From NCBI GenBank assembly GCA_963733195.1, contig CAVTCR010000064.1, forward strand, positions 21,032 through 85,031: a stretch of 64,000 nt of DNA. Reading direction: 5' to 3'. A program made the position numbers and the translations under genes. Shown piece after piece: positions 55,914 through 64,000 of the stretch (positions are counted from its first letter, which is position 1; every line of letters starts with the position of its first letter). This DNA is from an uncultured delta proteobacterium (GTDB taxonomy: Bacteria; Desulfobacterota; Binatia; Bin18). A model generated the notes under the pieces. It was not told the origin of the DNA, ran no database searches, and saw nothing but the letters and a program-made list of their open reading frames with translations.

Positions 55914-58900
55914 GTGGCGATACGTGTCGCTTTACATCATCTGACAGAATATCGCTATGATCGTCTGGTTTCGCTTTCGCCTCATCTTATCCGTCTCCGC
56001 CCTGCTCTCTCATTGTCGCACGCCGATCACCGCCTATTCCCTGAACGTCAAGCCAGAGAACCATTTCATCAACTGGCAGCAAGATCCTTTCGGCAATTTC
56101 CTCGCCCATCTGGTCTTTCCCGAGAAAACCCGAGAACTCACTATCGAGGTGGACTTCGTTGCCGAGATGACTGTCATTAATCCGTTCGATTTTTTTCTCG
56201 ATCCGTATGCGGAACAAGTTCCCTTTTCCATATGAACCGCAACTGGCGAAAGAACTAGGGCCGTACTTGGAAATCAAGGAACGTGGCTCCGCGGCTGATG
56301 CAATGGCTGGCTGGGGTGGATCGGTCGCCACAAGCAACCGTGGATTTCTTGGTGGAGCTTGAACCAGCGTTTGCGGCAAGACATCGATTACATCATCCGC
56401 ATGGAACCCGGCGTACAGACGTGTGAGGAGACTTTCATGCTGGGAAAAGGGTCCTGCCGAGACTCTGGTTGGCTCTTGGTGCAGATCTTGCGTCATCTTG
56501 GTTTCGCCGCGCGGTTTGTTTCCGGGTATTTGATTCAGCTGAGGCGGAGTCGAAATCCCTGGATGGACCTTCTGGCCCTGACGGCTGATTTCACTGACCT
56601 CCATGCCTGGGCGGAAGTGTTTATTCCCGGCGCGGGATGGTTGGGGCTTGATCCTACCTCCGGCTTATTTGCCGGGGAGGGGCATATCCCCTTGGCGTGC
56701 GCGCCCGATCCGGTGAGTGCGGCGCCGGTGACTGGATCGACGATGAGTGTGAAGTGGACTTTCAGTTCCACATGAGCGTGACGCGCATCCACGAAGAGCC
56801 GCGCGTCACCAAACCCTACACTGAGGCCAATGGCAGGCGATCGAGGCGCTCGGACATGCGGGTTGATGCCGACCTGACTGCCGGAGACGTGCGGTTAACC
56901 ATGGGCGGTGAGCCAACTTTTGTCTCCATTGATGACATGGACGGAGCGGAGTGGAATACTGCTGCGCTTGGTCCGAACAAGCGAAAACTTGCGTGTGAGT
57001 TGCTCCAGCGACTGAAAGATCGGTTTGCGCCTGGCGGCGTGCTGCACTATGGGCAGGGCAAGTGGTATCCCGGAGAGTCTCTGCCGCGTTGGGCGTTATA
57101 TTGTTTCTGGCGGCAGGATGGCGCGCCGGTGTGGCGTGAGCCGGCATTATTGGCGAGACGAAAGCAAAGAATACCACTACGACATCAGGCATGCGTATCA
57201 GTTCGTCCGTGCGCTAGCGCAACGCCTGGGCGTGCCTGCGGCATATGCGCTGCCTGGCTACGAAGAGCACTGTGTACCATCTGTGGAAAGAGGGCACGCT
57301 GCCTGCCAATTTGGACCCTTTGCGGTATAAGTCTGGATGATCCAGAAGAGCGTCGCCGCCTAGCACGCATTTTTGATAGAGGGCTCGGAGAGGTCGTAGG
57401 GTATGCCTTCCCCCTGAAATGGCAAGGCGAAGCGCAGGAGGGCGGCTGGCGCAGTAGTCAGTGGCTCTTCCGTCGTGAGCATATGTTCTTGATCCCGGGT
57501 GATTCGCCGATGGGGTATCGCCTGCCGTTGGATTCTTTGCCCTGGGTTCCCCTTGAAGCAAGGGATCTGGAACCGGAGCAATCGCCGTTTGCTCCTCGGC
57601 CCGCGCTGAAAGATGTTCATGGAGAAGTGGCTGCGCGCTATGCTCAGTTTACGCCCACGGTTCTTGCGCCTCACGACGGCATACGAGAGCAAGTGCTTGA
57701 GCCGGCGTCTCCGAGAGGCGCGGATTCCAGCGAGGCCGTGCGGAGGGTGCTCTGTGTCGAGTCACGCGATGGCCGTTTGTATGTGTTTCTTCCGCCCGTA
57801 GACGGTTCCTCGAGCATTATCTCGATTTGATCGCGTCGATCGAATCGACGGCGGCTGAGTTCAGCTGGCCGGTGTTTATCGAAGGATATCCTCCACCGCC
57901 TGATTGGCGGCTGCGTCGTTTTTCCGTGACGCCCGATCCTGGCGTGATCGAGGTGAATATTCACCCGGCTCACAATTGGGAGGAAGTAGTTACACATACA
58001 ACCGTGCTTGTACGAAGAAGCCCGTCTGTCTCGTCTTGGCACGGAGAAATTCATGCTCGACGGGCGGCATACCGGGACAGGAGGAGGAAATCACATGACG
58101 TTGGGCGGCTGCAACCCCGGCGAACAGCCCATTTTTGCGTCGCCCAGACGTTGTTGCAAAGCTTGCTGACCTACTGGCAGCATCATCCTAGCCTCTCGTA
58201 CCTGTTCTCTGGGCTCTTCGTGGGGCCGACCAGCCAGGCTCCACGAGTCGATGAAGCGCGCCATGAAAGCCTCTACGAACTCGAGATTGCATTCCAGCAG
58301 GCGCCGCGCGGAGAAGCACCAGCGCCGTGGTTGGTGGACCGTCTGCTCCGCAATTTATTGGTTGATATGACCGGGAATACCCATCGCGCCGAGTTTTGCA
58401 TTGACAAATTATATGCGCCTGAGAGTGGGAGTGGTCGTCTGGGACTCGTGGAGATGCGCGCTTTTGAAATGCCTCCGCATGCGCAGATGAGTATAGTGCA
58501 GATGCTCTTGCTCCGTGCGTTGGTGGCGCGGTTCTGGAGCACTCCGTATCAACACGCGCTCGTGCGTTGGGGAACCGCCCTGCAAGACCGCTTCATGCTG
58601 CCGCACTATCTCTGGCAAGATTTGCGCGAGGTGGTCTGCGAACTGCAAGCGGCTGGCTATCCGTTTCAACTGGAGTGGTGTGCGCCATTCTTCGAATTCC
58701 GCTTTCCGCACTACGGCACGATTCAGGTGCAGGACATGCAGTTGGAATTGCGCATGGCCGTCGAACCCTGGCATGCGCTGGGAGAAGAAGCCACGTTGGG
58801 CGGAACGACCCGTTACTGTTGATTATTCCGTCGAGCGTCTCCAGGTCAAGGTCAGCGGCATGACGGATTCGCGTCATGTCGTCGCGTGTAACGGGCGACG

Positions 58901-59247
58901 GGTTCCGCTCCGATCCAACGGGAACCGTGGCGAGTTTGTTGCCGGAGTGCGATATAAGGCGTGGCAGCCGCCGTCCGCCTTGCACCCGACTCTGCGCGTG
59001 CATAGTCCTTTGGTCTTTGATATCGTGGATACATGGATAGGTCATTCTCTCGGTGGGTGTACGTATCACGTGGCGCATCCCGGAGGACGCCACTACGAGA
59101 CATTTCCGGTCAATGCCAACGAGGCCGAGGCGCGTCGTCTTGCCCGCTTCTGGCCGTATGGGCATACCCCCGGACCAATGCAACCTTCTCTAGAGGAGCC
59201 GCACGGCGAGTTTCCTCATACCCTTGATCTGCCGCCGCTATGTATGA
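55914..59247 (+). CDS. Transglutaminase + DUF2126 (putative amidoligase) fusion, many frameshifts
   Basis: [91 protein letters not shown]. Confidence 0.85.
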
Positions 59248-61788
59248 GTGTTGAAACCCCTCAAGCTTTCCGATCACCTCCGGTTCGTCACAGAGTATAC
59301 GGCGATCACAAGTTCGTATGATGAGATGTGCTCCGGGAGCAGGGACTCTCCGTCCGCATTGGGAATACCTGATTCGTTCGCTGGACACACTCGGCGCACC
59401 AAGAACTGTCGCGCCGGGAGCAAGAGGCAAAACGTCTCCTGCGTGAAAACGGCGTGACCTACAATGTCTACAACGATCCCCAGGGTGTCGCGCGGTTTTG
59501 GGAGCTTGATATCGTTCCGGTCTTGGTGACCAGCCAGGAATGGAGCGCAATTGAACGAGGCTCTGATCCAACGCGCCGAACTGCTCAACCTTATTCTGGC
59601 GGATCTGTATGGCCCACGGACGCTTGATCGCCAAAGGGCTGCTGCCGCCGGAAGTGGTGTATGCGCATCCAGGGTTTCTGCTGCCGTGCGTCAATGTCGG
59701 CCAGCAGGAAATTGTCATCTGCCCGCTCTATGCGGCGGATCTCTCGTGCGCCCGACGGCAGTATTGGGTCATTGGGGATCGCGCCCAGGCGCCTTCCGGC
59801 TCCGGCTACGCTCTAGAAAACCGCATCGTGTTGTCCCGCGTGTTGCCGAGTCTATATCGCGATTCGCACGTGCACCGCGTGGCCCTCTTTTTCCGTGCGC
59901 TGCGGTCAACCTTACACGCGCTCGCGCCGCAACGGCGAGACAATCCACGCATTGTCTTGTTGACCCCTGGACCAGGAAATGAGACCTATTTTGAGCACTC
60001 TTATCTCGCTGACTATCTTGGGTTCCTGTTGGTGCAGGGGAGAGACCTGACCGTGCGAGACGGGAGAGTGTGGCTCAGCACGGTAGATGGGCTGCAGCCC
60101 GTGGATGTCATTCTGCGGCGTGTGGATGACACTTTTTGCGATCCTTTGGAGCTGCGTGCAGGATTCGTTGCTTGGGCACCCGGGTTATTCCAGGCGGCTC
60201 GTCTTGGCCATGTCGCCATAGTGAATCCACTCGGGAGCGGCGTGTTGGAAAATCCGGCTCTCATGGCGTTTCTTCCAACGCTAGTCGCGTCAGCTATTAG
60301 GTCAAGATCTACGCCTCCCTTCGGTGGCGACGTGGTGGTGTGGTGGGGAAGCGGAACGAGCGTACGTACTCGCGCATCTCGACCGCTTGGTGATCAAGCC
60401 GATTTTTCCGCATCCCAGCTCGGCGACCATCTTTGGCGCAGGCTTGAGCACGGAACGAGCGACAAATGGTCAGCCGAACGAATTACCGCCCAGCCACATC
60501 TGTTTGTCGGGCAAGAACAAGTGGCGCTCTCGACCACGCCCGTATTGACGCGGATGGCGATTTAGTGCCTCGACCGATGGTCATGCGGAGTTTTCTGGTC
60601 GCGCAGGAAGAATCGTATGTTGTCATGCCTGGGGGGCTCACGCGCGTCTCGCCGAGTCTAGAAGATTGGATTGTCTCGAACCAGCACGGCGGAATTAGTA
60701 AAGATACCTGGGTGTTGGCGTCGGAACCGGAGCGCGCCGTCAGTTTGCTTCCGTCGGCAACGAATCGATTGATGTGATCCGTTCGCGCGGAGAAATCCCA
60801 GGCCGCGTGGCAGATAATCTTTTCTGGCTAGGTCGATATGCTGAACGCGCAGAAAACACAGCCCGTTTATTGCGGACGGTTCTGGTGCGACTGGTTGAGG
60901 CCGACACAGGGCGTGAGGATCTTAGTGCACCTAAGTTATTGCAAGGAGTAACGCATTTGACCGCGACGTATCCCGGATTCGTCGGGGAGGGAGCAGCAGC
61001 ACTCATTGCAGCGCCAGAAGAAGAAATCCTCGATGTGATTCACAATCGGCAACGAACTGGCAGCCTGCAATGGACGTTGAACAGCGTAGGGCTCGTGGCG
61101 CGGTCGGTCCGAGATCGTTTATCAGACGATAGTTGGCGTATCATTAACAGTTTGTCACAAAGTTTAGCGGAACAACCGATCCAATTGAACATGGCACTGT
61201 CTGGGTTGGAACAGGTTATTTTCCAGCTCGCAGCCTTTACGGGATTGACCACTGAACGCATGAGCCGAGGCTATGGATGGCGTTTTCTTGATATGGGTCG
61301 TCGTCTAGAACGAGCGTTGTTCTCCGGCGGCCTCCTGCGGACGGCGTGTATTGCCGCCGAGGAGTCGGGACACGGGCTCTGGGAAGCCCTGTTAACGATC
61401 ACGGATAGCCTGGTCACCTATCGCGGGCGCTATCGGTCGCACTTCCAGGAAGCTCTCGGTGCTTGACCTCCTGATGCTTGATGAAGGAGCACCGCGTTCC
61501 ATCATCTATCAAGTCGTGTGTCTCCAAGAACATGTCACGGCATTGCCAAAGAAAGCAACGGTCACCCATCTAAGCGCTGAAGAACGATTGATATTAGAAG
61601 CACTGACAATGTTACGGTTAGTGGATCTGGATCGTCTTTTACTCGTTCCCCAAGGGAAGGAAGACCCGGAGGGATTGGAGCCACTGCTTGCTCGATTGGG
61701 ACACCTCCTGCGTTCTCTCTCGGATGCTATCACTTTGAGTTACTTTCGACAAACTGAGTTCCCACAGCAACTCGTGGATATTCAATAA
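59244..61788 (+). CDS. Circularly permuted ATP-grasp type 2 + alpha-E (DUF403) fusion, frameshifted
   Basis: [71 protein letters not shown]; ATGA/TAATG coupling. Confidence 0.85.
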
Positions 61789-62702
61789 TGCAGTATCGTG
61801 TCAGGCACACCACCCTGTACCGCTACAGTGAGGTGGTGCCCTTATGCCACAACGAAGCTCACTTGTTGCCGCGGAATCTTTCGCGCCAGCGTTGTATCGA
61901 TGCCTGGTTGGATATTTCGCCATCCCCCACGGTACGCCATGAGCGAAAGGATTTTTTTGGTAACCGCGTCGTGTACTTTTCCATCGAAGAGCCGCATACG
62001 ACATTGGCGGTGACCGCCCAGAGCGAACTGGAGTTGTTACCTATGCCACCTCCCGACCTGGAGACAACAGTGGCATGGGAAGAGGTGCAAACGTTACTAC
62101 GCCAGGAGACGAACCGTGGCGCGTTAGAGGCACGGCAGTTCTTGTTGGATTCTCCTTTCATCACGGCAACGATGCCGTTTGCGGAGTACGCCCAGGCGTC
62201 ATTTGTATCGGGCCGTCCGCTCTTGTCTGCCGTCCAGGATCTTATGCGACGGATTCATAGCGAGTTTACCTATGATCCCCAATTTACTACGGTTGCGACC
62301 CCAATAAGTGAGGTCTTGGCCCACAAGCGCGGGGTCTGCCAGGACTTTGCCCACTTTGCTATTGCCTGTCTGCGTGCATTGGGGCTCGCAGCCCGCTACG
62401 TAAGTGGATACCTTGAAACCCTCCCACCTAAAGACCAACCAGAACTCATCGGTGCTGCCGCTTCTCACGCCTGGATATCGGTGTACTGCCCGGAACTCGG
62501 ATGGATGGATTTCGATCCGACGAACAACCTGATGCCATCAAGTCAACACATCGTCGTGGCGTGGGGCCGTGATTACAGTGATGTTACCCCCGTAAAGGGT
62601 ACAATCCTCGGTGGAGTAGAGCACGAGTTACAGGTTGGAGTCGAAGTGAAAAAAATTGAAGACAAACGACTCTACCATGTAGCAGAATTTCCGTTACGCT
62701 GA
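61788..62702 (+). CDS. Transglutaminase family protein
   Basis: H.T.Y.Y, D.FGN, catalytic triad GVCQDFAH / SHAW / FDPTN, GRDYSDV.P. Confidence 0.92.
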   Translation: MQYRVRHTTLYRYSEVVPLCHNEAHLLPRNLSRQRCIDAWLDISPSPTVRHERKDFFGNRVVYFSIEEPHTTLAVTAQSELELLPMPPPDLETTVAWEEVQTLLRQETNRGALEARQFLLDSPFITATMPFAEYAQASFVSGRPLLSAVQDLMRRIHSEFTYDPQFTTVATPISEVLAHKRGVCQDFAHFAIACLRALGLAARYVSGYLETLPPKDQPELIGAAASHAWISVYCPELGWMDFDPTNNLMPSSQHIVVAWGRDYSDVTPVKGTILGGVEHELQVGVEVKKIEDKRLYHVAEFPLR

Positions 62703-62808
62703 TCTTAGAGGGTTGAGTGACTTTGGCAAAGCGAGCGATCAGCGTCCACGAATTTCCCCCGTCCGCTCTCTGAGTTCTCTACGACCCTCAAATCAATAGG
62801 AGTCTCGC

Positions 62809-63888
62809 ATGCGTACTTTTCGCTGTGTTTGCGACAATGTCCTTTTCTTTGAGAATAGCTTTTGCCTTCAGTGCAGCCGAGAAGCCGGCTACTGTCCAGC
62901 CTGCCGTATGGTTGTGGCATTACTGCCAACGGACGGAAATCGGTTCTCCTGTGGGAACCCAACCTGTGGTGCATTACTCGTCAAGTGCCACAATTACATA
63001 GCGTACGATGTGTGTAATGGTTGTCTGCAAGCCACAATGAGCACTCCGCTCGTTGACGATACATCAGAAGGGTCGCTCTTGTGTGACTTTTGCCGCTTCA
63101 CCCACACGATTCCTGACTTGAGCGTGCCAGGAAATATCGAAAAGTGGTATCGCTTAGAAGTTGCGAAACGGCGATTACTCTACGACTTAAACCTACTTCG
63201 GCTTCCGTATGGAACCGAGCCCCATGGAACACGCTTAGCCCTGCGCTTTGACTTCAAAGCCGATGTCATTCCGTCGCATGAGCTGTGGTGGAACATGGGC
63301 GACAAAGAACAAGTGTTCACCGGGCATATGGATGGCACTATTACGATCAACATCCGCGAGGCCGATGATGTCGAACGTGAGCGGCTGCGGGTTGAACTCG
63401 GGGAAGCGCAACGAACATTGCTGGGGCACTTCCGACATGAGATTGGTCACTATTATTGGGATGTTCTCGTCAAGGACCAACGAGAAATTGACTTCACCGC
63501 AGTCTTTGGGGATCACACAAACCCAAGCTACCAAGAGGCTTTACAGAGATACTACGCTGACCAGCCGCCTGTGAACTGGCAATCACAGTTTGTCAGTGCT
63601 TATGCGACTATGCATCCGTGGGAAGATTTCGCCGAGACTTTTGCGACATATCTGGAGATGGTCAGTACACTCGACACTGCTCATCATCTGGGTTTTCCTG
63701 GCGTCTCTTCCTTCTCTGATCTGGATGCGATGGCTGTGCAGTATCAACAATTGGGGATTACCCTCAATGAGTTAAATCGCAGTAAAGGACTCTTAGACGT
63801 TGTACCTGAAGTGATCACTCCGGGAGTGAAAGAGAAGATGCGATTCATTCACCAACTTACGTCGTCTGCTCGTAGGGGCGTTGGTTAA
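62809..63888 (+). CDS. Zinc-ribbon + putative zinc metallopeptidase (DUF2248/Peptidase_Mx)
   Basis: Cys-rich N-terminus, E.AKRR, TGH..G.ITIN..EAD, RHEIGHYYW (HExxH), SAYA..HPWEDFAE. Confidence 0.85.
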   Translation: MRTFRCVCDNVLFFENSFCLQCSREAGYCPACRMVVALLPTDGNRFSCGNPTCGALLVKCHNYIAYDVCNGCLQATMSTPLVDDTSEGSLLCDFCRFTHTIPDLSVPGNIEKWYRLEVAKRRLLYDLNLLRLPYGTEPHGTRLALRFDFKADVIPSHELWWNMGDKEQVFTGHMDGTITINIREADDVERERLRVELGEAQRTLLGHFRHEIGHYYWDVLVKDQREIDFTAVFGDHTNPSYQEALQRYYADQPPVNWQSQFVSAYATMHPWEDFAETFATYLEMVSTLDTAHHLGFPGVSSFSDLDAMAVQYQQLGITLNELNRSKGLLDVVPEVITPGVKEKMRFIHQLTSSARRGVG

Positions 63889-64000
63889 TCAGTCTTGAGG
63901 GTATCCTCAAGCGAGCCATAGCCCAGCGTCACCTGCCACTCGCTTCCCGGTACTGTTGTATGATCGCTTGCAGCATATCTATCCCATTTGTATCTTGGAG

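Noticed and set aside
63929-64000. 3' end of a minus-strand gene at the window edge
   Set aside because: Only about 23 codons visible; cannot be supported or assigned

Overview
Bacterial chromosomal window of moderate GC. The gene content (many luciferase-like monooxygenases, MAPEG, SDR and APH-like enzymes) suggests an uncultured Binatia/deltaproteobacterium-like organism; this is inference, testable with the 16S gene present here. In order it contains: a GldA/F/G + DUF4340 ABC system; an LLM + hydrolase operon divergent from a TetR regulator that resembles Vibrio LuxR/HapR/SmcR, with a LuxR/SmcR-like operator between them; a furan/methyl fatty-acid modification cluster; a 16S-23S rRNA operon with no spacer tRNA and no linked 5S; many redox/catabolic genes; a small accessory island (mazEF, ISKra4 with 9-bp TSD, ISAs1 with 10-bp TSD splitting a retropepsin gene paired with DUF5678); DUF1800/DUF1501; and a transglutaminase/amidoligase/ATP-grasp/peptidase operon. 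Frameshifts cluster at 21-23 kb, 47-48 kb and 52-61.5 kb, most likely long-read consensus errors. Family assignments come from recognised motifs and remembered sequences, not database searches.
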